A stretch of DNA of 63,325 nucleotides, counting the filler, from Folioceros fuciformis (lineage: Eukaryota), in NCBI GenBank assembly GCA_049999805.1. It is 14 parts of 14 records of this genome, joined end to end, with 100 filler letters (N's around TTAATTAATTAA, not from the genome) between each part and the next. Parts side by side here need not be neighbours in the genome. Positions count along the whole stretch, not along the records: positions 48,338 to 53,859 come from JBNGIO010001960.1; positions 53,960 to 57,687 come from JBNGIO010001961.1; positions 57,788 to 59,380 come from JBNGIO010001963.1; positions 59,481 to 60,930 come from JBNGIO010001964.1; positions 61,031 to 63,325 come from JBNGIO010001965.1; 9 more parts are not named here. One strand, 5' to 3'. The notes beneath the pieces were generated by a model that did no database searches, was not told the DNA's origin, and worked only from the letters and a program-made list of their open reading frames with translations. The translations under genes were made by a program, and so were the position numbers. Position 1 is the stretch's first letter, and the number at the start of each line of letters is the position of its first letter. Positions 49,825-61,031 of the stretch are shown here, in pieces.

Positions 49825-51843
49825 ATGGTTGCTCAACCACCACCAATACCAACAATCTTCAATATGATGAATGTCAACATTGACTTCAAGGAGAAGGATC
49901 ACTTCAACGGCACAAAATTCGAAGTATGGTCTCGTCAAATGAAGACTGCTTTGAATACTCGGGATCTGCTCCCGATTGTCGAAGGTACCTTCCCCAAGCC
50001 GTCTGGTCCCCAGTCGCTTGACGCTTGGGTCTGACAGGACAGATAGGCTATGCATATGCTAATCTCCGGATTAGACGAGGTTACCTTACACCATATTGAT
50101 GGTGCCATAACCTCTACTGAAGCTTGGAAGCAACTCATAGACATCTATCAATCTACTAATGCGATGACTCTTGTTACGATACGTTTGGAGTTCTACTCAT
50201 TATGTATGCAACCTAACAACAGTGTTGCTCAGCACATAAGCAAGTTCAGGTATCTATGCGCTCAACTTGCAGCACATGGAACGGCAATCTCCGAATTTAA
50301 TGTTGCGTTCCAGCTCTTAGCTAGCCTCCCGGCTAGTTATCAAACCTTTGTCTCGTCCCAGAATCAGATGGTGAGAAATGCTCACCAAGATGTTAGGTCG
50401 GGCCAAGTCCCGAATATAACTGTGTCAGAGATTGCTGGAGCTCTCCTGTAAGAGGAGGCTGCTAGGTTCAATGCTGGCACATCTCAATACGGGGGAGAAA
50501 GGGTTATGTTCGTGACCAACGGTAGGTCACAACAGAATAAGAATAGGAACTCTCAGGGATCTTTGGGTTTTTCCAAGTCTCCTAAGCGAGAGGGGACATG
50601 TCATTGGTGCCAGATACCTGGCCATTGGGAGAGAGAGTGTCGGAAGAAACAGACTGGATCTGTGGCTAATTGCTTTTGCGGCGTTAGTGCACGACTGTAG
50701 CCACAGACACATGTTCACATCATGGCGAAAGATTTCGTCTTCGTACGACAAGTCTTGCAAGACGACATGTTCCGCTTGATTTCGGCCAGGAAGATTGTCT
50801 TCTCTATGATCCGCGTCATGACTTGTACATTTCGTGGGCAGATCTGTTCTTACATTTGTTGCCTCACTAATCTAGTGGCATCGATCTTGATAGATGGTCC
50901 ATTTAGAGGGAGATCGTACCGTGGCGATGCACTTCTCACACTTCCATGGTATGGATGCTAGTTGCACTGCTCTTTATAATTGGCTTCTTCCCCTCAAGCG
51001 TTTCCACTGTTCATACTTTATGCTCGAGAGGGGGAAGATGAACAAGCCATGGCGAGGAGTACCGGTGAACTTGCTATCTGAATCATGGTGCCCCGTTACG
51101 TTGGTGCGGTACATGGCGTTCCCAAGGCACCTATGTAATAGAAAAAAAAAAAAGGAGTTCAACAAGCCGACTTCACTACCTCTGAAGACATGCATATTAT
51201 CTCTGCTGTAGAGGGAGTTCTACTTACGCTTCCAAAGGGTTACAATCCTGAAGTAGCTGAGTGGAGTTGTTGGCAATCGGTGATGAATATGATTATTTGG
51301 CTTTCTCAGAAAAGTGGTCATTGGAATGGTAGATTGTAGATACTATACGATGCTGTACGATTTAGGTCGCTCATTTGGTGGGGCTATCCGTTTTTGTTCC
51401 GTCGCTATGAGTTGTAAGATGTTGCAGAAAGCTTACTCTTTTTTGGTCACAAGAGTGGTGTTCTTCTCCACAAGTTGCTTCTCCACAAGTTGCTGTACAC
51501 TACAGGCTCACTGCGAGGCAATTCAACCGACTCTAGGTAATAGCCGAATTGAGCACGGCTGGAAACTTAACTACCACAAGAGGAGCTCTTAGATAACAGC
51601 AACCCGCAACGTGTCTGAGAGGGAGAGTTAGAAGAAAAAGCAGACCACGTTGGTTTTGTACCACGTTAGTCTAACTAGGCCTTAGCTTTAAATGTATTTA
51701 GTTAAATAGCAAGCTAGCGAAAGGACACAACTCTTCGTAACCCTTTAAAAGCCCACCTATGAACCTAAACCTTAGTTGATTGTTTATCCTTCTTAGTAAA
51801 GCATCTGCTTGATGCAAGACGCTTTCGCATGGCATTTCTAACT
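49825..51843 (+). mobile_element. Non-autonomous Copia derivative: decayed gag, no pol, PPT and 3' LTR (51626-51843)
   Basis: FNGTKFEVWSRQMK, LLASLPASYQTFV, zinc knuckle CHWCQIPGHWEREC; GAGAGGGAG at 51617-51625, then AGTTAGAA...TTCTAACT. Confidence 0.8.
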
Positions 51844-51899
51844 TGGTTTGCTATTCAATGACTTTTCCTTGCTCAGTATTCAATCCTCGTCTTCCTTTC

Positions 51900-52800
51900 T
51901 AATGGACTATACCCCTCCTAGTACTGCAAACAAGTCACTCCTTTAGCAATGTAGAGTAGGACACATGAACCCTACATACCTTATCATACTTGCCAATCGT
52001 AATAGATACAAAGATCTTGTCAAAATCAAGATATGCAAAAACATCTTTTGCGAAATCTATCAATACACAAAAGTTAACTAGTCACCCTTTAAAGACCCAT
52101 TGCCAACTCGCGCTTGCCACCTCTTAGAGACAATCCACTCTTATATATGTGGCCTTAAGAGGCACCACATCCTTCAATGGACCTTTATATTTCATAACAT
52201 TCCTAGACGAATGGAGCAGGTACTATTACATCTGTTTTCTATTGCACTAGGATGAAGCCCTTTCCCACTTCCAAGAATTCATTCTTACTACCGAATGTCA
52301 CATTAGTTTTCAAGTCACCACCCTAGACACAATTGATGGTGATGATTACATGAGCCATGCTTTCCAAGGCTTTTGCAAATCTAAAGTTATCTATAGACAA
52401 TTCATTGTCTCTTACACCCTCTTCAAAACCCCTTTGTAGAATGCCAGAATCACTAGTTGAATTTTTTTGCTCTTTGCTCAAGTTAACAAGGATGTCCAAA
52501 GACTATTGGGGAGAACTTGCGCCCACCTCTAACTATTTGAAGAACACACAGTCTTCTTACCATAGAGCTTCCCCATGCCACACCATTCAAGCGATAACCT
52601 AGCCATAAACCTAGGGTTTCTCACTTTCATATCTTTTGGGGCCGATGCTCATATTGCAAATGAGACTCATAGGAAGTCAGATGACAAAGGTTGCAAGCTC
52701 CTTTTCATTGGCTACTCTGACCAGGTCAAGGCTTCTAAATTGTTCGACCTTGTCTCTTAAGAGGTAATTTTCTCCCACGGTGTTCACTTCAACGAAACTC
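51900..52800 (+). mobile_element. Highly degraded Copia integrase
   Basis: YICG, YFITFLDEWSRY, FGADAHI...RKSDDKG.KLLFIGYS..KASKLFD. Confidence 0.6.
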
Positions 52801-52964
52801 ACTTCTATACATACTTTCATTCCTTCCTCACAACTCACCCATTACTTGTGCCTAGCATTTAGGGTTATTCTTCTCTTGCTAAGTCCCCCTTGATCTACAG
52901 AGGGCCACTTACACTTCCTAAAACTCCTACGTACTTGATTTTCTACAAGCTCACAAGATAACTC

Positions 52965-53090
52965 AACTGCCTCTTCCAACACTACTTTAGTCTCTTCCAT
53001 TACCACCTTAGTCTCTTCCAATACATACCTTCAGTCTCTACCAACACCACCTTAGCCTTTGCCAACACCAACTTAGACTCCACCAGCCTG
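52965..53090. repeat. About 22-bp tandem repeat
   Basis: tcttcca.YaccaccttagtC-like units x about 5. Confidence 0.6.
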
Positions 53091-54211
53091 TGTCTAACAA
53101 CTTGTACTGCCCATTCCACAATTAGATATCCTTATCCCTTAGGTAAAGCCCCTATAAAAATCATTTTGCAATTCAAGATGTTGTAGCAACCTTAAACACC
53201 TCGAGAAATGGCTCATCAAGGGCCTAAGGGTTCAAATTCTAGGGTTCCATTACCTTTTTACTTTTCCCACATTTAGTAGCCTTTAAATCAATCTATTGGT
53301 ATCTAGAAGTGCGAGTTGGAAGCTAAGTTGCATTTGCAAGTCCACACTAAGAACCAATTGTCACACAAAAGTTTGCACTAGAAGTAAACCACTACGCACA
53401 AGTTCTTGCTCCGAGCGTGCCCACGCTCACAAGTGTACACTATGACCTAGTTGCTATGTACTTGTGCGTGCCATGACCCACTTGACACGCACAAGTGTAC
53501 GCCATGACTAAGCTGGCGCGCACTTGTGTGCGTGATGAACGAACTGGTGCACACAATTGCACTCCATAACCTAGCTAACAAACATTTTAAGCACATAATG
53601 GTCAAACAAATCCTAAAAATAGCAAAAAAGCCCAAAAGATCCCTTTTTCTAGACAGTTGCGCAAACAAGTTTGCGCCATATTGCTTCAAGGTTTTATTGT
53701 TACTTTTCCCCTATTTTTACTATTTTGTATGAAAAAGTCTATTTTGATCATTTTTAACCCCTTCTAGCACAATTTTGTAATAAAATATGAGTTCATCTTA
53801 ACTAGTCCTCAATCTTTCTTTCTTTTGATAGTCTAAACCTTTGAGTAAGTAGTGAGGACNNNNNNNNNNNNNNNNNNNNNNNNNNNNNNNNNNNNNNNNN
53901 NNNTTAATTAATTAANNNNNNNNNNNNNNNNNNNNNNNNNNNNNNNNNNNNNNNNNNNNTATTTATACTCCACAGCTAAGCCACTGCTAAAACTGGGAAT
54001 GATACACACCACTCATCCTAGAATACTAGTGGTCATTACAACTCCATCCTTCTTAGGAGGTTTTGCCTGGAACACACATTTTGTTTCCAAAGGCAGCAAG
54101 AAGCATACTTGCTTCTTCATCAAGACAGCTCTAGATTTAGCTTTCATCTTTCTACTTTTAACTTTCACCTTATTTCACTTATGCCACCTTATGCCATTAC
54201 TCTCTTCCCCA

Positions 54212-57200
54212 CTAGGAAGATGTCATTGTCCTCAATGACCTGCAGTATAACGTGAGATCATCCATGATCCTTGTTGCACATCTTGAAGTGAAACCCAGAC
54301 AAGATCTGTTCATGTCGTCATTCTCTTTCGAAATCACAAACGGTTTCAGCAAAGAGACATGAAACACATCATGAGAGAAGATCCAATTAGGCAGTTGTAG
54401 TTTGTAAGCCACATTCCCAATGCGCTTTAGAACTACGAAAGGACCTCCATACTTAGGCCTTAACTTTGGGGACAATCCTTGAGGTACTGGGAAGTGTTTC
54501 AACTTTACCCAAACCTTGTCACCCACTTGAAATTCTGCCTCTTTCCTGTGCCTATTAGCAAACTTCTTTTGCCTGTCTTGAGCTTTGGCCAAAATCCTCT
54601 TAGCAATTTCATGCCTGGCGCTTAACTGCTCAATAAATTCACGTGGTTCTCTTGCTGCTGTCTCAAACACGTCAGCATTCAACATGGAAACTGCGTCCAT
54701 TGCTTCGTTACCTGTCATCTGAAAAGGTGTATAGCCTGTGGAGCTATGTACAGTATTGTTATAACAAAACTCTGCATCCTCAAGATGATTACTCCAGTTC
54801 CTTTGGTCCATTTGTACATAGTGTCGTAAGTATTCCTCTTGGATTCTGTTTACTCTTTCTGTAGATCCATCTGTATCAGGGTGATATGCTGTACTTAGAC
54901 ATAGTTGCACTCCCAAGCTCTTCATAAGCTGTTGCCAAATTTCCGCTGTGAATCTGGGATCTCTATCACTCACAATTTGCATAGGCAATCCATGTAACAC
55001 ATAGATATGCTTCTTAAACAATTGAGCAACTTCTAAAGCCTTCACTTGCTTCTTCGTGGGGATAAAGTGTGCTTGCTTGCTGGACCTATCAACAACTGTC
55101 ATGATAGCTGTGTATCCATTACTGGGTGGCAATGGCATAACAAAATCCATTGATATACTCTTCCAAGGCCCACTTGGAATAGGCAGGGGTTGCAACAAAC
55201 CTCGTGGATTTGTCTGCTTTACTTTATCCTGCTGACAGTCTACACAAGACTTCACATACTCTACAGTATGTTTGTACATTCCAGGCCAGTAAAACAGCTT
55301 CTTCAACTTCTCATAAGTTGTGTCAATTCCCCGATGACCAGCACTTAACACATCGTGACATTCTGCAAGCAACTTTTTTCTCAACTCTTGAGAATCAGGA
55401 ATCACAATCCTGTTTTGCTTGAACATTAACAAGCCATTTCTAAGCTTAAACTTAGACCCCGGTTGCTCTATCTTGTTGATCCAATCTTGCACTAATGGAT
55501 CATGCAAATAAGCCTCTTTAATCTGCGTGTGAGTGTCCCTTGGCTCAATCACCATCCGCGTTGTAGCTAGCTTAGGATTCTTCAGCTTAAAAACAGACAT
55601 TAAACTCAACTCCTGCTTGCGACTAAGAGCATCTGTCACGAGATTTTCCTTCCCTGGCTTGTGCTTAATCTCTACATCATACATCGCTAGGAAATCTTGC
55701 CATCTAGCTTGTCTAGCATTTAGTCGCAGCTGATTAGAAAAGAAGCTTGTACTTACATTATCTGTGTACAGCACAAAAGATCTTCCAAGAAGATAGTGTC
55801 TCCAAATCTTGAGACAATTGATGACGGCTGTCATCTCCTTCTCATATGTGGGGTATTTCCTCTCATGTTCATGCAACTTTCTTGATTCGTAAGCCACTGG
55901 CCTACCTTCTTGCATAAGCACTCCTCCAATAGCTGTATCTGACGCATCAGTATACACTTCTATATATTTCTTTGGATCATAGATTGCTAGTACTGGGGTA
56001 GTGCTAAGTTTCAACTTGAGAAACTCAAATGCCCTTTGACATTCTTCATCCCACTTCCATGTCTTCACCTTCTTCAAGAGATCAGTTAATGGGGCAGCAA
56101 TTTTGGCAAACATTGGTACAAATCTTCTATACACGCTAGCCAATCCTAAAAAGATACGCACTTCATGCACATTGCTTGGCGGCAGCCAACTCTGTATGGC
56201 TTTTACCTTACCAGGATCCATCCTGATTCCATCAGCAGAGACAATGAATCCAAGGAAGTCGATTTCTTCCTTAACAAAGTCACACTTTGTTATAGCTAAG
56301 AACAAAGAATTTGCCCTTAACCTTTCCAACACTTTCCTCAAGTGTTGGACATGCTCCTCTAAGGTAGAACTGAATATCAAAATGTCATCCAAATAGATCA
56401 CAACACACTCATCCAACAGATCTCTGAATATACTATTCATAAGAGTCTGAAATGTGGCTGGTGCATTAGTGAGTCCAAATGGCATGACTAGAAATTCAAA
56501 AGATCCATACCTTGTCCTACAAGCAGTTTTGTATTCATGTCCTTCTGCGATGCGAATCTGGTAATAACCAGCCATCAAATCCAGTCTGGTAAAATACTTA
56601 GCACCTTTCAACCTGTCAAACATATCATCCATCCTTGGCAAAGGATAGGAATTTTTTACTGTTATCTGGTTGAGTGCTCTGTAATCCAAGCATAACCTTA
56701 ATCCTCCATTCTTCTTTCGCGTAAACAATACTGGCGCACCAAATGGGGATTTTGAGACTCTAACATAGCCCTTGGCTAACAAGTTAGACATTTGTCTCTT
56801 CAATTCTTGAAGCTCATCTAGCGACAATCTATATGGCGCTCTTGATGGCGGTACACTTCCTGGCTTTAGATCAATTTCATGATCTACAACTCTCCGTTGA
56901 GGTAAAGGAGGTAACTCAGTAGGCATTAAGTCTTTAAACTCATCTAAGACATCCTGTATCTCCTTTGGAATCTTTGGTTGCTTCTGAGATTCCATCTCAA
57001 GACCATCTTCTAGTCCTTGCAACACCAACAAATAGAGTTCCTCTCCATTTTTGACACAACGCTTGAGCTCTTTCTTAGAGATGACTTCATCAATCTTGTG
57101 CCCAAGCTGATGCTCAAGGACTGCACAACTCACTTTGTGCTTTTCATCTCCTACGATCTGTATGGTGCGTGAGTCCACGTCTACACATACCTTATTGGCC

Positions 57201-57478
57201 TTCATCCATTCTAAGCCCAAGATGATTTCATGATCATCCATATCTACAACTGTGAAGCTTGCTTGTCCTGTCCAATTGCCTATCTGCAAAGGAACTTTTT
57301 CTAGCTGTCCTAAGAACTGCAGCTTTCCTTTTGCTTGTTTCACTATACATGGCTCTGAAATACTAGCCCATGTCAAACCAAGCTTACTTGCTCTGCCAGG
57401 AGAAATGAAATTATGTGTTGCTGCTAGATCAAGCAACATCTTCGCTTCTTCACGATTCACACATCCTTCTATATACAT
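54212..57478 (-). mobile_element. Ty3/Gypsy (chromovirus-like) pol, open 1088-codon ORF: PR-RT-RH-INT
   Basis: [86 protein letters not shown]. Confidence 0.95.
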
Positions 57479-58059
57479 GAGCTCTCCACCTGCCCTATGA
57501 ATAATGCTGTCCTCAGCATCTTGAGAGTCACCACATGTAGCCTGTGCAACATGTGGCCAATCCCGTCATTTGGGATTTTCAGATCCGGATACTTCTGTAA
57601 TCCTGAGTCTTTGGGGCTGTGGGTTGTCTTGAACAACATTCAAAGTTTGTTGAGTATTGGGGCATTCATTCGCGTAATGTCCCGGCTNNNNNNNNNNNNN
57701 NNNNNNNNNNNNNNNNNNNNNNNNNNNNNNNTTAATTAATTAANNNNNNNNNNNNNNNNNNNNNNNNNNNNNNNNNNNNNNNNNNNNTCTACGTGCAAGT
57801 GTAGGAGAGGAGAGGAGAGAAGAGAGGGTGGTATTGGTGATCACAACCATGAAAACAATACACATCACCACTGTCTTACTATGGAGGTCCGAGGTCTCCA
57901 TTTAAGTAGTACATTTAGGGCTACACAACTTCCAGGTTCAATATGGGATAATCTACACTATCCTAAGTTCACTAATAACTAGAACTAGTCTAGTATGAAC
58001 CCAACTGGGATAACTAACACCACATGAGTTTAGCTCATATAGAGCTCGATAACTCAACA

Positions 58060-59087
58060 TGCAGTTAAAGGGATAATGCGATACCTTAAGGGCACTCCTA
58101 ACTTTGGTCTCTGCTACAAACCTAGCAGGAAGAAGCATCTGCAGCTCAGCTGTTATGTGGATGCAGATTGGGCTTCTGATGCTGATACCCGCAAAAGCCT
58201 TTCTGCTTATTGTTTTCTGGCTGGTTCCACAGTAATTAACTGGTCTTGCAGGAAACAAGCCTCCATCTCTCTGTCTTCTACAGAATCAGAGTATAAGGCA
58301 TTGACAGAAGCCACAAAGGAGGCTGAGTGGGAAAGGAAACTATGTGAGGATCTGGGAATGCTCCAAAAGGGCCCTACCATCCTTAACTGTGATAATATGT
58401 CAGCCATTGCTATGGTGGCTAATCCTGTTTTCCATGCTCGCACTAAGCACATCGAGATCCAACATCATTATGTGAGGGATGCTGCTGAGCGAGGTTTAGT
58501 GAAGATTCAGTATGTGTCTACAGACCTTAATGTAGCTGATGTTCTGACAAAGTCACTTCCTAAGTTTCGACACTGTTTTCATAGGGAAGGACTTGGTCTT
58601 GTAGATTGTAGTGGTTATGTAACTCAAGAGAATTTGAAGACGTGGTAATGATATTCCTTCTTGCTCCATCTAGTGCAAGGGCAACTGTACCTGGAGTATT
58701 ACTTCTGCTCTGGTCATGACCGGTGCGCTACTGTAGAGGTTGTCGCCATCGACAGACTTCTTGACAGTGTCAGCGACTGGAAGAGTTGACAGCCGAGCTA
58801 AAGTAGATAGCTCTAGAATACAAACTTGCTAAGCATTGATCTCTAGTAGAGCTCTCATAATCTCTACGTGACTGAGAGGGAGAGTTAGAAGGGGTAGCAG
58901 TCCACTAGAATTATGTAACCATAGGTTATGTTAGCTTATCTACCAAAGTGCTAGGTTAGTTAGCTAGGCTAGCGAAAGGTCACACCCTTTGGGGTGAAAC
59001 CTATAAAAAGACAATTGTTTATATTTTTTATCATTTCTGAATTATCTTTTGTATTGAAGACACGCTTCCGCATGTAGTCTTCCAACT
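58060..59087 (+). mobile_element. Copia RNase H, PPT and 3' LTR (58883-59087, AGTTAGAA...TTCCAACT)
   Basis: RYLKGT, YVDADWA, SLSSTESEY, CDNMSAI, FHARTKHIEIQHHYVRD, ADVLTK; GAGAGGGAG at 58874-58882. Confidence 0.92.
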
Positions 59088-59380
59088 TATAGGTCTGGTT
59101 TCAGACTTGGGAAGTTTAGGTCCAGTACCGGGCCATAGGGTTGGGAAAGTTTGAGTCTAGGTCTGGTGATTAGTTTAATATGAATTAAAGATATATAATA
59201 TTAAATGATTAAATAATAATAGAATGATATTAAAAAAATAAAATAGTAAAATAATGGTCTGAACATAGGAACGGGAATATGTGGGGTATGTCAGTGTTAG
59301 GGGTCAGGCTGGCTGATTGCCTAGCTGGCCTGAACGGTCATGGAGGTCGTGCCTTAGCTAGGGCTAGAGGCAGGGGTTGC
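59088..59380 (+). repeat. Dispersed repeat copy A (LTR-like), similar to 60690-60930
   Basis: Shared blocks ggccatagggttggg, gtgattagtttaatat.aattaaagatatataatattaaatgattaaata, gaacataggaacggg, gggtatgtcagtg. Confidence 0.8.
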
Positions 59381-59794
59381 NNNNNNNNNNNNNNNNNNNN
59401 NNNNNNNNNNNNNNNNNNNNNNNNTTAATTAATTAANNNNNNNNNNNNNNNNNNNNNNNNNNNNNNNNNNNNNNNNNNNNGTGTTGGTGCTGGAGCGAGA
59501 GAGTGAGTGAAGTGAGTGAAGGAAGTCGCAGATCTGAGAGGTTAGAGTCGTTGTAGTGACTGGAGTGAGTTTGTGGGCACCGAGAGAGGTGCAGCTGACC
59601 GCCGGACAGCGAGGCCTGTCCTACGCCCGATCGGAGCTGGAGGGGAGCCCTCGAATCCATCATCGAGTTGATCAAGTCCGACCCTCCATCCACAGCAGCA
59701 AGGAACCCCATCGCTCCTTCGTGGGAACGAAACCCAATGTCTCAACGACAGTGGGATAAGTGTGGCCACTAAAGGTGGAACCCGTCGGCAATCA

Positions 59795-60520
59795 GTGCCC
59801 GGGATTTTGCCTCCACACTAATGCATCTGGTGGAGCCACTATAGGTTCAATATCTTGGGGATAAATATGATCGGAGACTTGTCCATCAGATGCAGGAAGG
59901 GCAGGTGCTCCCTCTAGGTCATCAGGGGATGGAGCTCCCTCTGATTCCAAAACACAAGCATGTAGGGGGTGTTTTGGCTCAATGAAGGTGACGCTACGTG
60001 AGAGGGACATCGTCCTAGTAGTTGGATCGTAGAGTCTATAGGCCTTAGACTGTTCATTGTACCCTACGAAAACTAGGGCTTGAGCTCTAGGGTCTATTTT
60101 GCAACGTTTCTCTGAGGAACAAGTGCATATGCTCTGGAGCCAAAGACATGCAGGTGTAGCAGGCTCGGCTTCCTCTTGAAGATAACCTCATAGGGTGTTT
60201 GGTCAAGGATAGAACTCGTTAGGATCCTGTTCAGGACATAGGTTGCAGAGACAATAGCCTCAGCCCAATATGCTTGAGAGAGTCCCGACCAAAGGAGCAT
60301 ACTTCAAGTCATGGCTAGAAGAGTATGGTTCGTCTTCTCAGCAACCCCGTTCTGCTGAGGTGTGTAAGGTACAGTCAATTGTCTCTGTATGCCAGCCGCA
60401 GTGAGGTAATCGTCGAAAGCAGTATTAACGAACTCAGTTCCATTGTTTGTACGTAGGTACTTGAGCAAGGAACTTGTCTGGCGTTGAACCTGCAGGGAGC
60501 CACTTGTGAACCTCCAAAGT
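59795..60520 (-). mobile_element. Copia integrase core plus SH3-like fragment
   Basis: LRTNNGTEF, TVPYTPQQNGVAEK.NHTL, YWAEAIVSATYVLNR, TPYE, LHVFGSRAY, FVGY...KAYRLYDP, SRSVTF. Confidence 0.9.
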
Positions 60521-60689
60521 TTGGGGTAGTAGTTTGTTTTGGTTGAAAAAGGGTTAATAGTGGTATGGTTTGGTTTTCTTTTTCAACTTATTTTCCCTAA
60601 TTTTCCTTGATTTTTTGGTCATTTTTCCTATTTTTCTTTGTGCTAATTGGGTTAATTGACCAGGAAATAGTGGGTTTGGTTATAAGAGT

Positions 60690-60930
60690 GGGTATAGGTT
60701 TGGTCCCAGACCTGGGAAGGTTTAGGTTCGGTACCAGGCCATAGGGTTGGGTGATTAGTTTAATATTAATTAAAGATATATAATATTAAATGATTAAATA
60801 ATATAATAATAAATAATAAATAATAAAAATAATATAATAATGGTTTGAACATAGGAACGGGTATCTGGGTATGTCAGTGTCAGGGGTCAGGGTCTAACGA
60901 TAGGCTGGCTGATTGCTTGGCTGGCATGAA
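60690..60930 (+). repeat. Dispersed repeat copy B, similar to 59088-59380
   Basis: Same blocks as copy A. Confidence 0.8.
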
Positions 60931-61031
60931 NNNNNNNNNNNNNNNNNNNNNNNNNNNNNNNNNNNNNNNNNNNNTTAATTAATTAANNNNNNNNNNNNNN
61001 NNNNNNNNNNNNNNNNNNNNNNNNNNNNNNT

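Noticed and set aside
13577-61030. Thirteen identical TTAATTAATTAA motifs embedded in N runs
   Set aside because: Artificial 100-nt scaffold linker with stops in all six frames; not biological and not a repeat array
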